This document shows, in pieces, positions 1-10,531 of a stretch of 64,000 nt of DNA. Position 1 is the first letter of the stretch. Each line of letters begins with the position of its first letter. The stretch is from an uncultured Armatimonadetes bacterium (GTDB taxonomy: Bacteria > Armatimonadota > Hebobacteria > Hebobacterales > Hebobacteraceae), in assembly GCA_963716175.1 (NCBI GenBank), contig OY970296.1, forward strand, positions 3,520,001 through 3,584,000, written 5' to 3'. Both the position numbers and the translations under genes were made by a program. The notes below the pieces were generated by a model that was not told the origin of the DNA, made no database searches, and saw nothing but the letters and a program-made list of their open reading frames with translations.

Positions 1-1
1 G

Positions 2-565
2 GCCGTGACCGTGGAGAGAGCGCTGGGGGAGTGGGGGAGGAGGCTGTGGGAAATCGCGTGGGGTGGCGACCCCAGCCCCGGCGCGCAGGTTGCCTCCGAC
101 GCGAGGGGCTGTGGGGAAGGAGAGGCGATCTCGGCCCAATGCGACCTTCGCCCCCCCACCGAGGCGCGGGAGCGGATCGGCGCGGCGGCGAGAAAGGCGG
201 CCGAAGAAGCCGCTCGCAAGCTGCGGGGGCAGGGGCAGGTGGGCCGGCAGGTGAGAATAGAGCTGGTGTTTCGCGATCTGCGCGGGGTGGGAGCGCGGCG
301 AACCCTGCCGCAGCCCACGCGCTCCGGCGAGGTGATCTTTCACGCCGCTCGCGCGCTGCTCGATCGCATGAAGCTGAACGGTCGCCTGGTGCGGCGGGTG
401 CGGGTGCGCGTGGCGCGGCTGGCGCTGGCGCCGGACGGGGGCCAGCTCGCCCTGCCCCTGCTGGAGCGAGAGGCGCGCCGGGAGCGGCTGGCGGAGGTGG
501 TGGATCGCATTAAAGATCGCTTCGGCGAAACCGCGGTGGCCCGCGCCAGCTTGCTGCGCGTCTGA
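2..565 (+). CDS. dinB: DNA polymerase IV (DinB/Y-family) C-terminal part, 5'-truncated by the window edge
   Basis: Little-finger-like region (RKLRGQGQVGRQVRIEL...RRTLPQPT...LVRRVRVRVARL), clamp-binding-like QLALPL and the typical tail 'LAEVVDRIKDRFGETAV'. The frame is open from the window start. Confidence 0.7.
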   Translation, partial: AVTVERALGEWGRRLWEIAWGGDPSPGAQVASDARGCGEGEAISAQCDLRPPTEARERIGAAARKAAEEAARKLRGQGQVGRQVRIELVFRDLRGVGARRTLPQPTRSGEVIFHAARALLDRMKLNGRLVRRVRVRVARLALAPDGGQLALPLLEREARRERLAEVVDRIKDRFGETAVARASLLRV

Positions 566-571
566 ATCCAT

Positions 572-595
572 GGGCGTGATGAATCACGCCCCTAC
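572..595 (-). repeat. GTAG-type REP-like palindrome
   Basis: Minus strand reads GTAGGGGCGTGAT-TC-ATCACGCCC: GTAG head plus a 9-bp perfect stem just after the dinB stop. Confidence 0.6.
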
Positions 596-720
596 CATGG
601 CGGGCCGCCAAGCCCAGATTCCCCGGTCACACCCCCCTGGTTCGGTGACAGTTGAAAGAGCGCTTGGCTTGTGGCAACATATCGTATACTATGAGCTGAG
701 GGGGAAGGATAGGAGGCGCC

Positions 721-1287
721 ATGGCCGCGATCGGAACCGCGGGATGGATTGTGATCGGTGTCGTCGCCTTGGTGGTGCTGTGGGCGATCATCACCTACAA
801 CAGCATGATCACGCTGCGCAACCGTATTGACAATGCCTGGTCGCAGATTGATGTCCAGCTCCGGCGGCGCTACGACCTGATCCCCAACCTGGTGGAGACG
901 GTGAAGGGCTATGCCGCACACGAGCGGCAGACCTTCGAGGCCGTGACCAAAGCGCGGCAGGCCGGCATTGACGCCCGCACCGTGCAGGATCAGGCGGCGG
1001 CGGAGAACATGATCACACAGGCCCTGCGCCGGCTGTTCGCGGTGGCCGAGGCCTATCCGCAGCTGCGGGCCACCGAGAACTTCCAGATGCTGCAAGAAGA
1101 GCTGTCGGGCACCGAGAGCAAGATCGCCTATGCCCGGCAGTTCTACAACGACTCCGTGCTCGGCTACCACAACCTGATCCAGTCCTTCCCGGCCCGCATC
1201 ATCGCCAACATGGGCGGGTTCAAGGTGCGGGACTACTTCGAGATCGAGGAGCCGGAGGCGCGGGCGCCGGTGAAGGTGCAGTTCTAG
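721..1287 (+). CDS. lemA: LemA family protein
   Basis: N-terminal TM helix; '[31 protein letters not shown]' and '[11 protein letters not shown]' signatures; AGGAGG RBS. Confidence 0.95.
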   Translation: MAAIGTAGWIVIGVVALVVLWAIITYNSMITLRNRIDNAWSQIDVQLRRRYDLIPNLVETVKGYAAHERQTFEAVTKARQAGIDARTVQDQAAAENMITQALRRLFAVAEAYPQLRATENFQMLQEELSGTESKIAYARQFYNDSVLGYHNLIQSFPARIIANMGGFKVRDYFEIEEPEARAPVKVQF

Positions 1288-1294
1288 GAACCCC

Positions 1295-1323
1295 ATCCGC
1301 AGATTACGCAGATCGGCGCAGAT
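1295..1323 (+). repeat. Short tandem CGCAGAT repeat, copy 1
   Basis: atcCGCAGATtaCGCAGATcggCGCAGAT, between lemA and htpX. Confidence 0.7.
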
Positions 1324-1376
1324 CACGGCGGGCATGCTGCGCATGTCCGCCGCGGAGTTGGTCAGGCCAGGCAGCT

Positions 1377-2261
1377 ATGTACGACCAGATAGCTAGCAAC
1401 AAGCGGCGGTCTTACCTGCTGATCTTCGCGTTCATCGTGGTGATCATCGGGATCGGCTACGTGTTCTCGCTCTACACGGAGCTGGGTCAGTATGCTTTGG
1501 TGGCGGCAGTGGCCTTCGCGCTGCTCATGAGTTGGGGGGGCTACTACTACAGTGACCGGCTCGTGCTCAGCATGAGCGGGGCGAGCGCGGTGACGAAAGA
1601 GCAGGAGCCCCACCTCTGGAACGTGGTGGAGGGGTTGAGTCTGGCCGCGGGTGTGCGCATGCCGCGGCTCTACGTGATTGAGGACACCGCGCCCAATGCC
1701 TTCGCCACCGGGCGGGATCCGCAGCATGCCGCGCTGGCAGTGACGCGGGGACTGCTTCAGAAGATGAACCGGATTGAACTGGAGGGCGTGGTCGGCCACG
1801 AGATGGCCCATATCCGGGACTACGACATTCGCTTCATGATGCTGGTCACAGTCCTGGTCGGCACGGTGGTGCTGCTCTCGGACTGGATGACCCGCAGCCT
1901 CTGGTATGGCGGCGGGCGGCGGCGCAGCTCCCGGGGCGGAGGCGGCGGCATCCTGCTGCTGTTTGGGCTGATCTTCGTGATCCTCTCACCTATCATCGCG
2001 CAGTTGATGCAGCTCGCCGTCTCCCGCCGGCGGGAGTTCCTAGCCGACGCGGAAGGCGCGCGTCTGACCCGCTACCCCGAGGGCCTGGCCAGCGCGCTGC
2101 AGAAGATCGCGGCTGATACCGAGCCCCTAGAGGTAGCGAACAAGGCCACCGCGCAGCTCTATATCTACAACCCGCTGCGGGACCACAAGGGCTGGCTGAA
2201 TGGGCTCTTCGACACCCATCCCCCGGTGGAGGAGAGGATCAAGCGGCTGAGGAAGATGTGA
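1377..2261 (+). CDS. htpX: Zinc metalloprotease HtpX (M48)
   Basis: PNAFATG, HEMAH (HExxH), SRRREFLAD and THPP motifs; typical lemA-htpX pairing. Confidence 0.93.
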   Translation: MYDQIASNKRRSYLLIFAFIVVIIGIGYVFSLYTELGQYALVAAVAFALLMSWGGYYYSDRLVLSMSGASAVTKEQEPHLWNVVEGLSLAAGVRMPRLYVIEDTAPNAFATGRDPQHAALAVTRGLLQKMNRIELEGVVGHEMAHIRDYDIRFMMLVTVLVGTVVLLSDWMTRSLWYGGGRRRSSRGGGGGILLLFGLIFVILSPIIAQLMQLAVSRRREFLADAEGARLTRYPEGLASALQKIAADTEPLEVANKATAQLYIYNPLRDHKGWLNGLFDTHPPVEERIKRLRKM

Positions 2262-2301
2262 GGGGCAGGCTCAGGGAGTCGTTCCGTAAGAGACATCTCC
2301 G

Positions 2302-3437
2302 ATGGATCGGCGGGCGTTTATCAAACTGACGGGTATGGGCTTGGCGGCGGGGTGGCTGGACCGCGTGGGCTTTGCGGCGGAGGAGAGAGCAATGGGTGAG
2401 CAGGCGAATAGAATCATGATCGGCGTGAGCGCATATCCGAATGCCGACATCGGGTTGATGCGGGAGGCCGGGATCGAGTGGGTCCGGCACGGATTCTCGG
2501 TCCCGTTCACAGACCGGCTGAATGGAGAGGTGAGCGAGGCCTACCGCGAGGAGAAGGCGGAGGCGGAGCGGTGGGTGGCGGCCGGCATGAAGCTGATGGG
2601 CATCACGCCGGGGCCGGGATCGCAGACATTCGAGCGGGATGCGGCCGGGCAGCTCCGGCCGGTGTGGCACAACGGCATGCCGGACTGGTGCGGCCCGCTT
2701 GGCAGTGAGCAGAATCTCCGGAGCTTAGAGGCGATCTGCGCCTGGATGGCCAGGGATCTGAAGGGCATGGTGGCGGCCTGGCAGGTGTGCAATGAGCTGG
2801 AATGCCCCAACTTCGCGGGCCCGCTCAACCTGCGCCAGGCCTGCGAGCTGATCTTGGCTGCGCGCGCGGGCTGAAGGCAAGCGATGGCTCGCTCTTCGCG
2901 GGGATGAACACAGGTGGCGACCCGGAGGGATACTATCTGTTCGGCCGATTGTTCGCGGACCCAGCGGCGCCGCTGGACTACTGCGGGGATGACGAGTACT
3001 ACGGGAGCTGGCATCCGGGCGGCCCAGAGCAGATGGCGGACCGCATCGCGGAGCTGCACGCGATCACAGGCAAGCCGGTGGTGCTGAACGAGTTCGGCTT
3101 CTCCTCCGCGGGGGAACCGAAACGGGACGCGAGCGGGAGGCTGCCAGAGGGGGGAGGGTGTGAGACGAAGTCGTGGTGGCGGACCTGGGGCCCTGGGCAT
3201 ACGCCGGAAGGCCAGGCGGAGTTCGTGCGCGTGATCTTCGATGCCTTCCGCGCCCAGCGAGACAAGCTGGCTGGCGTGTTCTTCTACCGTTGGGAGGATC
3301 AGGAGCGCTGCTGGAGCTGCGGGTCGCCGGACTGTCCGATCGAGACCCGGTGGGGGCTGGTGGACCTGAAAGGTAAGCCCAAGCCGGCCTACCATGCGTT
3401 CAAGGAGGGGGTGCGCAGGTTGAGGGCAACCGATTAG
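2302..3437 (+). CDS. Tat-exported glycoside hydrolase (clan GH-A-like), split by a 1-nt frameshift near 2860
   Basis: Tat signal MDRRAFIK; acid/base motif WQVCNE in ORF 2302-2874; nucleophile motif VVLNEFG and tail 'WGLVDLKGKPKPAY' in ORF 2802-3437. Joining the frames gives ...LILAAARGLKASD.... Confidence 0.75.
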
Positions 3438-3477
3438 GCGCCGGGCAGTTACAGAGGGCGCGGCGGAGAAATCGCGC

Positions 3478-3507
3478 TTGACGATTCCCCGCACTTTGTG
3501 GTACAAA
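3478..3507 (+). promoter_or_regulatory. Putative sigma70 promoter of the trp operon
   Basis: TTGACG (3478-3483), 18-nt spacer, TG-n-TACAAA (-10 at 3502-3507), directly upstream of the leader peptide. Confidence 0.5.
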
Positions 3508-3522
3508 GTCAACGGTACTGAA

Positions 3523-3621
3523 ATGTCAGTGCGATCTCTCATCAATCTGGGCCGCTGGGTGTGGCGTGGCGAAGGCCTCGGCTTGCCGGGCTCCCGCGCG
3601 CACAGCTACCCCATGAGATAG
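3523..3621 (+). CDS. trpL: trp operon leader peptide (32 aa)
   Basis: MSVRSLINLGRWVWRGEGLGLPGSRAHSYPMR*, with Trp codons at 3556 and 3562. Lies between the promoter and a terminator upstream of trpE; too short to appear in the ORF track. Confidence 0.8.
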   Translation: MSVRSLINLGRWVWRGEGLGLPGSRAHSYPMR

Positions 3622-3656
3622 AGATCGCGCAAACAGAATAGACGGCGGAAGAACCA

Positions 3657-3693
3657 GACCAGCCCGGCAAGCCCGGGCTGGTCGTTTTCGTTT
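3657..3693 (+). terminator. trp attenuator terminator hairpin
   Basis: GACCAGCCCGG-caagc-CCGGGCTGGTC followed by GTTTTCGTTT. Segment 3661-3673 is also the exact reverse complement of 3580-3592 (antiterminator). Confidence 0.85.
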
Positions 3694-3706
3694 GGCGGGG
3701 ACGGCG

Positions 3707-3735
3707 ATCCGCAGATTGCGCAGATTAGAGAGAAT
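3707..3735 (+). repeat. Short tandem CGCAGAT repeat, copy 2
   Basis: atcCGCAGATtgCGCAGATtagagagaat, just before the trpE RBS. Confidence 0.7.
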
Positions 3736-3754
3736 GGTAGCGGTGGAGGCTGAA

Positions 3755-5239
3755 ATGTACTATCCGACGAGGGCGGAGTTCAAAGAGAAGGCGCGTCAGG
3801 GCAATCTGATCCCGGTCTGGAAGGAGATCCTGCTCGACACCGAGACCCCGGTATCGGCGTTCCGCAAGATCGGCGGCAGTCAGTATGCCTTCCTGCTGGA
3901 GAGCGTCGAGGGCGGCGCCACCGTAGGCCGCCATTCCTTCCTCGGGTCAGAGCCCTTCGCCGTGTTCAGCTCCAAGGGTGATAACCTGACCGTGAGCCGC
4001 AACGGCCGCCAGCAGACCCGCCGGCTGGCGCCGGGCGAGGATCCGCTCACCGCCCTCAAGGCGCTGCTCTCCGAGTACCAGTTCATGCCGATGGAGGGGC
4101 TGCCGCGCTTCTGCGGCGGGGCGGTGGGGTTCATCGGCTACGACGTGGTGCGCTACTTCGAGCGGCTGCCGGAGCTGGCGGTGGACGACTTGGGCTTGCC
4201 CGACTGCGTGCTGGTGCTCACCGACACCTGCCTCATCTTCGATCATGCGTTCCACCGCGGCAAGGTGCTTTCGAATGCGCTGGTCAACGGCGACCCGGAC
4301 CGCGCTTACGACGAGGCGGTGCGCAAGATCGAAGCACTCTCGGCGCGGTTGGCGGCTCCCGCCCCAGCGGTGCTGCCCCCGCGGCCCCGCCCCAAGGACA
4401 CGCGGCTGGCGACGAACCTCACCCGCGAGGACTACGAGGCCGCGGTGGTCAGAGGCAAGGAGTACATCGCCGCGGGGGATCTCATCCAGGTGGTGCTCTC
4501 CCAGCGGCTGTCACGGCAAGTGGCGGCGGACTCCTTCGACATCTACCGCGCCCTGCGCTCGCTCAACCCCTCTCCCTATATGTACTACCTGACCTATGGT
4601 GATGTGAAGATCATAGGCAGCTCGCCGGAGCGGCTGGTCTCGATGTACGACGGGGAGGTGGTGACCCGTCCCATCGCCGGCTCCCGCCCCCGGGGCAAGA
4701 CGCTGGAGGAGGACGAGGCGCTGGCGGCGGAACTGCTGGCGGACGAAAAGGAGCGGGCCGAGCACGTGATGCTGTTGGACCTGGGCCGCAATGACATCGG
4801 CCGAGTCTGCCGCTACGGCACGGTGCGGGTGGATGAGCAGATGGTGATCGAGAAGTACTCGCACGTGCAGCACCTGGTCTCGAATGTGCGCGGGCAGCTC
4901 CGCGCCGACCGCGATCAGTTCGACGTGCTGCGCGCCTGCTTCCCCGCGGGCACTCTATCGGGCGCGCCCAAGGTGCGGGCGATGGAGATCATCGAGGAGC
5001 TGGAGCCCACCCGCCGCGGACCCTATGGAGGCGTGATTGGCTACTTCAGCTTCTCCGGCAACATGGACACTGCCATCACCATCCGCACCATCGTCTGCGC
5101 CAACGGCACTGCCCACTGGCAAGTGGGCGCGGGCATTGTGGCGGACTCCGTTCCCTCTCGCGAGTACGAGGAATGCGTGCTGCTGAAGGGTGGAGCATTG
5201 TTGAAGGCGATTGAGATGGCGGAGGCGGGGTTAGAGTGA
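3755..5239 (+). CDS. trpE: Anthranilate synthase component I
   Basis: [50 protein letters not shown]. Start placed at ATG 3755 behind GGAGG. Confidence 0.96.
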   Translation: MYYPTRAEFKEKARQGNLIPVWKEILLDTETPVSAFRKIGGSQYAFLLESVEGGATVGRHSFLGSEPFAVFSSKGDNLTVSRNGRQQTRRLAPGEDPLTALKALLSEYQFMPMEGLPRFCGGAVGFIGYDVVRYFERLPELAVDDLGLPDCVLVLTDTCLIFDHAFHRGKVLSNALVNGDPDRAYDEAVRKIEALSARLAAPAPAVLPPRPRPKDTRLATNLTREDYEAAVVRGKEYIAAGDLIQVVLSQRLSRQVAADSFDIYRALRSLNPSPYMYYLTYGDVKIIGSSPERLVSMYDGEVVTRPIAGSRPRGKTLEEDEALAAELLADEKERAEHVMLLDLGRNDIGRVCRYGTVRVDEQMVIEKYSHVQHLVSNVRGQLRADRDQFDVLRACFPAGTLSGAPKVRAMEIIEELEPTRRGPYGGVIGYFSFSGNMDTAITIRTIVCANGTAHWQVGAGIVADSVPSREYEECVLLKGGALLKAIEMAEAGLE

Positions 5240-5283
5240 CTCACCGGAGAGGCGCAAAGGACGCGGAGAAGGGAGGCTCTCTG

Positions 5284-5847
5284 ATGCTGGCAATGGTTGA
5301 TAACTACGATTCGTTCACCTACAACCTGGTGCAATACCTGGGTGAGCTGGGGCAGGTGATCAAGGTCTACCGCAATGACCAGATCACCGCGGATGAGCTG
5401 GAGCGGGTTGGTCCCGAGCGCATCGTGATCTCGCCGGGGCCTTGCAGCCCGCTCGAGGCCGGGGTCTCGAATGAGATCATCCGCAGGTTCGCGGGCAAGG
5501 TGCCGCTGCTCGGCGTCTGTCTGGGGCATCAGTGCATCGGCCATGTCTTCGGGGGCGAGGTGGTGAGAGCGCCCCGGTTGATGCACGGCAAGACCTCCAT
5601 GATCCACCACGATGGCAAGACCATCTACCGGGGCCTGCCCAATCCGTTCTGCGCCACCCGTTATCACTCCCTGATCATCCGGCGAGAGACTCTCCCCAGC
5701 TGTCTGGAGATCACCGCCGAGACCGACCAGGGGGAGATCATGGGCGTACGACATAGGGAGCACACGGTTGAGGGTGTGCAATTCCATCCGGAGTCCATCC
5801 TCACCGAATGTGGGAAGGATCTGCTCAGGAATTTCCTGGCGCTGTGA
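5284..5847 (+). CDS. trpG: Anthranilate synthase component II (glutamine amidotransferase)
   Basis: [32 protein letters not shown]; GGGAGG RBS. Confidence 0.95.
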   Translation: MLAMVDNYDSFTYNLVQYLGELGQVIKVYRNDQITADELERVGPERIVISPGPCSPLEAGVSNEIIRRFAGKVPLLGVCLGHQCIGHVFGGEVVRAPRLMHGKTSMIHHDGKTIYRGLPNPFCATRYHSLIIRRETLPSCLEITAETDQGEIMGVRHREHTVEGVQFHPESILTECGKDLLRNFLAL

Positions 5848-5856
5848 ATGGGATTC

Positions 5857-5884
5857 ATCCGCCGATTGCGCAGATTGGACAGAT
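5857..5884 (+). repeat. Short tandem CGCAGAT repeat, copy 3
   Basis: atcCGCcGATtgCGCAGATtggaCAGAT, between trpG and trpD. Confidence 0.65.
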
Positions 5885-5903
5885 GAATCGAAAGGAAGAG
5901 GAC

Positions 5904-6911
5904 ATGATCGCGGAGCTGATTCGGAAGGTGAGCGATAGGCAGGATCTGGCCGGCGGGGAGGCGCACGCGGCGATGGCCGAGATCATGTCCGGGGCTGCGA
6001 CTCCGGTTCAGATCGCGGCCTTCCTGGTGGCGATGCGGATGAAGGGAGAGACGGTGGACGAGGTGACCGCGTTCGCGCAGGTGATGAGGGAGCACGCACT
6101 TCCGGTGCGAACCTCCAGGCAGCCGGTGGTGGACACCTGCGGCACCGGCGGCGATGCCATCAAGACCTTCAACGTCTCCACCGCAGCCGCCTTCGTCGCC
6201 GCCGGGGCCGGGGTGGCGGTGGCGAAACATGGCAACCGATCCGTCACCAGCAAGTGCGGCAGCGCGGATGTGCTGGAGGCGCTTGGCATCCGTTTCGACC
6301 TGCCGCCCGAAAGCGTGGCGCGCTGTGTGGACGAGATCGGCATCGGCTTTATGTTCGCGCCCGCCTACCATCCCGCGATGAAGCATGCCGCCCCCGTGAG
6401 ACGCGAGCTGGGCCTGCGCACCGTGTTCAACGCGCTGGGGCCGCTGACCAACCCGGCCGGAGCGCAGGCGCAGGTGCTCGGAGTCTACGCGCCGGAGTTG
6501 ACCGAGCTGCACGCCGGGGTCCTGCGCAACCTGGGATCGCGGCGCGCCTTCGTGGTGCACGGCGTGGGCGGGCTAGATGAGCTGTCCACGCTGGGCGAAA
6601 CCAGGATCACGGAACTGTACGAGGGACAGCTTCGCACCTACCAGCTCGCGCCGGAAGAGCTGGGACTGGGTCGCGCCCGCGCCGAGGAGATCCGGGGCCG
6701 CACGCCCGAGGAGAACGCGCGGTTGCTGGTCCAAGTGCTGGAGGGAGAAGAAGGACCGGCGCGCGACATCGTGCTCCTGAACGCGGCGGCGGCGATCGCG
6801 GCCGGCGGCAAGACCGACACCCTGGCGGAGGCGATACCGATGGCGGCCGAGTCGGTAGACTCAGGCGCCGCGCTGGGCAAGCTGCGCGACCTGCAGGCGG
6901 TCACGGGATAG
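5904..6911 (+). CDS. trpD: Anthranilate phosphoribosyltransferase
   Basis: DTCGTGGD, FNVST, KHGNRSVTSKCGSADVLEALG, GLDE motifs. Confidence 0.96.
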   Translation: MIAELIRKVSDRQDLAGGEAHAAMAEIMSGAATPVQIAAFLVAMRMKGETVDEVTAFAQVMREHALPVRTSRQPVVDTCGTGGDAIKTFNVSTAAAFVAAGAGVAVAKHGNRSVTSKCGSADVLEALGIRFDLPPESVARCVDEIGIGFMFAPAYHPAMKHAAPVRRELGLRTVFNALGPLTNPAGAQAQVLGVYAPELTELHAGVLRNLGSRRAFVVHGVGGLDELSTLGETRITELYEGQLRTYQLAPEELGLGRARAEEIRGRTPEENARLLVQVLEGEEGPARDIVLLNAAAAIAAGGKTDTLAEAIPMAAESVDSGAALGKLRDLQAVTG

Positions 6912-6914
6912 GCG

Positions 6915-6942
6915 GTCCGCAGATTGCGCAGATTACACAGAG
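6915..6942 (+). repeat. Short tandem CGCAGAT repeat, copy 4
   Basis: gtcCGCAGATtgCGCAGATtaCACAGAg, between trpD and trpC. Confidence 0.7.
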
Positions 6943-6952
6943 AGAAAGAGCT

Positions 6953-7723
6953 TTGATCCTGGATCGCATTCTGGTCGAAAAGCGGAAGGAAGTGGAGGCC
7001 CTACGCGAGCGCTACCGCGATTGGCGGCCTCCCGCGGCCCCGCCGGTGCGGCGGGATTTCCGGGCGGCGCTGCGCGGCGAGGGCATCGCGCTGATCGCGG
7101 AGTTCAAGCGCAGATCGCCCTCTCGCGGCGAGATCCGGCCGGCTGCGGACCCCATCGGTATGGCGAGAAGCTACGAAGCGGCTGGGGCTGCCGCGCTCTC
7201 TGTGCTCACCGATGAGCGCTTCTTCGGGGGCAGCCTGGCCGATCTGAACGTCGTCCGGGGCGCGGTGGAGCTGCCGGTGTTGCGAAAGGATTTCATCACA
7301 GACCCCTGCCAGGTGGCGGAGTCAGCGCTACCGGAGGGACCGGATGCCTTGCTGCTCATTGTCGTAGCGCTCGAGGGGGAGCGGCTCCGGTCCCTCCGGC
7401 GAATGGCCGAGCTGTGCGGCCAGGCCGCCCTGGTCGAGGTGCACACCGAACAGGAAGTGGATCGAGCGCTGGAGAGTGGGGCCGAGATCATTGGCATCAA
7501 CAACCGCGATCTGCGTACCTTCGAGGTGTCGCTCGACACCACCTTTCGGCTGCGACCGCGCATTCCGTCCACAGTGACCGTGGTGGCGGAGAGCGGTGTC
7601 CACGGCCGGGACGATGTGGTGCGGCTAAGCGATGCGGGTGTGGACGCGGTGCTGGTGGGGGAGGCATTGATGACGGCGGACGATCCTGCCGCGAAGATCA
7701 GAGAGCTATTGGGTCAAGCATGA
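6953..7723 (+). CDS. trpC: Indole-3-glycerol phosphate synthase
   Basis: IAEFKRRSPSRG, LSVLTD, LRKDF, GINNRDL, VAESG; TTG start. Confidence 0.95.
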   Translation: MILDRILVEKRKEVEALRERYRDWRPPAAPPVRRDFRAALRGEGIALIAEFKRRSPSRGEIRPAADPIGMARSYEAAGAAALSVLTDERFFGGSLADLNVVRGAVELPVLRKDFITDPCQVAESALPEGPDALLLIVVALEGERLRSLRRMAELCGQAALVEVHTEQEVDRALESGAEIIGINNRDLRTFEVSLDTTFRLRPRIPSTVTVVAESGVHGRDDVVRLSDAGVDAVLVGEALMTADDPAAKIRELLGQA

Positions 7724-8352
7724 CCAGGGTGAAAGTCTGTGGCATCACGAATAGGGACGATGCCGATACCTGCATCCGCTGCGGCGCCGATGCTATTGGC
7801 TTCGTGTTCGCGGCCAGTCCCCGGCGGATTAGCCCCCAGGAGGCGCGTGAAATCCTACAGGGCTGCGCGCCCTTTGTCACTTCCGTAGGAGTGTTCGTGG
7901 ATTGGCCCGTCAAGGAAGTGACACGCGCACTGGAGGTGAGCGGCTGTGCGCTTGCCCAGCTTCATGGTGCTGAGTCTCCGGAGTATGTGCAGGCGCTCTC
8001 GCCCCACCGGGTGATCAAGGCCATCCGCGTTGGACAAGACCTTGACGAGACGCTGGCGAGAAGCTATAAAGGAGTGAGTGCGATTCTGCTGGACACCTAT
8101 GTGGCAGGACTCGCAGGCGGGACTGGCCGGCGGTTCGACGTCAGGCTCGCGGTCCGCCTGGTGCAGGAAGGATGGCGGGTGATCCTGGCTGGTGGTCTGA
8201 CCCCACAGAATGTGGGTGAGGTGGTGGCTTCAGTGCGGCCCTACGGTGTTGATGTGAGCAGTGGGGTGGAGTCGGCGCCAGGTCGCAAGGACCCTGAGAA
8301 GGTGGCGCGGTTCATCGCGGCAGTGCGCGAGGCCGACCGCGCAGGCGCCTGA
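7720..8352 (+). CDS. trpF: Phosphoribosylanthranilate isomerase
   Basis: [36 protein letters not shown]; ATGA overlap with trpC. Confidence 0.95.
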   Translation: MTRVKVCGITNRDDADTCIRCGADAIGFVFAASPRRISPQEAREILQGCAPFVTSVGVFVDWPVKEVTRALEVSGCALAQLHGAESPEYVQALSPHRVIKAIRVGQDLDETLARSYKGVSAILLDTYVAGLAGGTGRRFDVRLAVRLVQEGWRVILAGGLTPQNVGEVVASVRPYGVDVSSGVESAPGRKDPEKVARFIAAVREADRAGA

Positions 8353-8353
8353 C

Positions 8354-9565
8354 ATGGGCGCCCAGGCCAGGCCCGCGGGCAACGCCGCGCCCGGCCACTT
8401 CGGCCCCTTTGGCGGCATCTTCGTCCCCGAGACCTTGATGGCCCCACTGCTGGAGGTGGCCGCGGCCTACGAAACGGCTCGCCAGGACCCCGATTTCCAG
8501 CAGGAGCTGGCTGCCTATCTGCGCGACTATGTGGGCCGCCCCACGCCGCTCTACTTATGCTCTCGCCTCACCGAGCACGCCGGTGGCGCGAGCATCTACT
8601 TGAAGCGGGAGGACCTGGCCCACACCGGCTCGCACAAGCTCAACAACGCCACCGGGCAGGCGCTGCTGGCGCGGCGTATGGGTCGCCAGAACCTGCTGGC
8701 CGAGACCGGGGCCGGACAGCACGGGGTGGCCACCGCCACCGTGGCCGCGCTCTTCGGCTTCGGTTGCTGTGTCTACATGGGCGAGGAGGATGTGCGTCGG
8801 CAGGCGCTCAACGTCTACCGCATGCGGCTGCTCGGGGCCGAGGTGGTGCCGGTCACCTCCGGCAGCCGCACCCTGAAGGATGCCATCAACGAGGCCTTTC
8901 GGGTCTGGATGGCCACCGCCGAGACCACCTACTATCTCTTCGGCACCGCGGCGGGGCCGCACCCCTATCCCACCATGGTGCGAGATTTTCAGTCAGTGGT
9001 GGGGCGGGAGGCGAGGGGGCAGATGCTGGCCCACGAGGGGCGGCTGCCCGACTACCTGGTGGCCTGCGTGGGTGGAGGCAGTAATGCCATCGGGCTCTTT
9101 CATCCTTTCCTCGGCGATGACACGGTGAAGATGGTAGGCGTGGAGGCGGCGGGCAGGGGGTTGAGCTCCGGCCAGCACGCGGCCTCCCTGTCGGCGGGAA
9201 GCGCGGGCGTGCTGCACGGCGCGCGGAGCAAAGTCCTCCAGACGCCGGAGGGTCAGATTCGCAGCACCCATTCGGTGGCGGCGGGCCTGGATTACCCCGG
9301 CGTGGGCCCGGAGCACGCCTACCTGCAGGCGAGCGGCCGCGCCGAGTATGTCGCGGCGAGCGACGAGGCGGCCCTGGGTGCCTTTGAGCTGCTGTGCCGG
9401 TATGAGGGCATCATGCCGGCGCTGGAAAGCGCACATGCCGTCGCCTACGCGGTGGAACTGGCGAAGACGCTGCCCCGTGAGGCGATCATCCTGGTGAACC
9501 TCTCGGGGCGGGGAGACAAGGATGTGGCGGAGGTGCAGCGGGTGCTGGCGGAGCGGGGACGATGA
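8354..9565 (+). CDS. trpB: Tryptophan synthase beta chain
   Basis: [16 protein letters not shown] (PLP lysine), [37 protein letters not shown]. Confidence 0.97.
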   Translation: MGAQARPAGNAAPGHFGPFGGIFVPETLMAPLLEVAAAYETARQDPDFQQELAAYLRDYVGRPTPLYLCSRLTEHAGGASIYLKREDLAHTGSHKLNNATGQALLARRMGRQNLLAETGAGQHGVATATVAALFGFGCCVYMGEEDVRRQALNVYRMRLLGAEVVPVTSGSRTLKDAINEAFRVWMATAETTYYLFGTAAGPHPYPTMVRDFQSVVGREARGQMLAHEGRLPDYLVACVGGGSNAIGLFHPFLGDDTVKMVGVEAAGRGLSSGQHAASLSAGSAGVLHGARSKVLQTPEGQIRSTHSVAAGLDYPGVGPEHAYLQASGRAEYVAASDEAALGAFELLCRYEGIMPALESAHAVAYAVELAKTLPREAIILVNLSGRGDKDVAEVQRVLAERGR

Positions 9566-10412
9566 CCGAGTGCGCTCTGCCCACGGCCGGCCATGGCAGC
9601 CGGATCGAGGCCCGTTTCACCGCGCTGCGCGAGCGTGGGAGGGCGCGCTGATCGTGTTCGTGGTGGCCGGCCATCCGCACGCAAGCACCACCAGCGAACT
9701 CCTGATCGCGATCGCGGAGGCGGGCGCGGATATCATCGAGCTGGGCCTTCCGTTCTCCGATCCATTGGCCGACGGACCCGTGATCCAGGCCGCCTCCCAG
9801 CAGGCGCTGCGCGACGGAGTGACGCCGGCGCAAGTGTTGGAGATGGCGACAGCATTTCGTCGCGCCTGCCAGGTCCCACTGGTGCTGATGACGTGCTATA
9901 ATCCTATTCAGCAGTTCGGCGTGGAGCAGTTCGCGCGTCAGAGCGCGGCGGCGGGAGTGGAAGGTGTGATCGTGACTGATCTCCCTCCAGAGGAAGCCGG
10001 GGAATGGGTGCCGGCGGCGAGAGCCAACCGGCTGGACACCATTTTCCTGTTGGCGCCGACCAGTCCGGCCCATCGCATCAAGAAGGTAGTTGATCTTGCG
10101 ACCGGTTTTGTGTACTGTGTTTCTCGGATGGGAGTGACCGGCGCGCGGGCCGAACTCCCCGCGGACCTACGGGCCCTGGTGGGAAGGATTCGGGAGCACA
10201 CCGCGAAGCCGGTGGCGGTTGGATTCGGGATCTCTCGGCCGGAGCATGTGGCCGAGGTGTGCAGACTGGCGGATGGCGCGGTCGTAGGGAGCGCCGTGGT
10301 GTCACTGGTGGACCGCGCCCAGGGCTCGGCGGGGCCCGGGCGAGCGGCGGCGGACTTCGTGCGAGAGCTGAAGGCGGCCACGAAGGTCTCGTCGTCAGCG
10401 CGGTTTGGCTGA
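9562..10412 (+). CDS. trpA: Tryptophan synthase alpha chain (1-nt frameshift near 9637-9640)
   Basis: ATG 9562 overlaps the trpB stop and reads ...[14 protein letters not shown]; the next frame continues EGALIVF...[18 protein letters not shown]...VGFGIS. One G is missing from a G run. Confidence 0.92.
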
Positions 10413-10531
10413 AAGCAGCCCACGCGGTCCCGGGCTGGCGAGGCGGAGCCGGGCTCGTGCCACGTAGCTGGGGCGCGCGGTCCGGTGGCGGCGCCGTTGG
10501 TGCTAGTTCGCAGAGTAGCAAAGGGGAAGGC

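Noticed and set aside
3510-3700. T-box riboswitch upstream of trpE
   Set aside because: No T-box consensus (AAnnnGGGTGGnACC) just before the terminator; the leader peptide and antiterminator explain the region better.
1295-6942. CGCAGAT repeats as a CRISPR array or TRAP site
   Set aside because: There is no repeat-spacer periodicity and no cas gene, and the units do not match TRAP's (G/U)AG-NN pattern.
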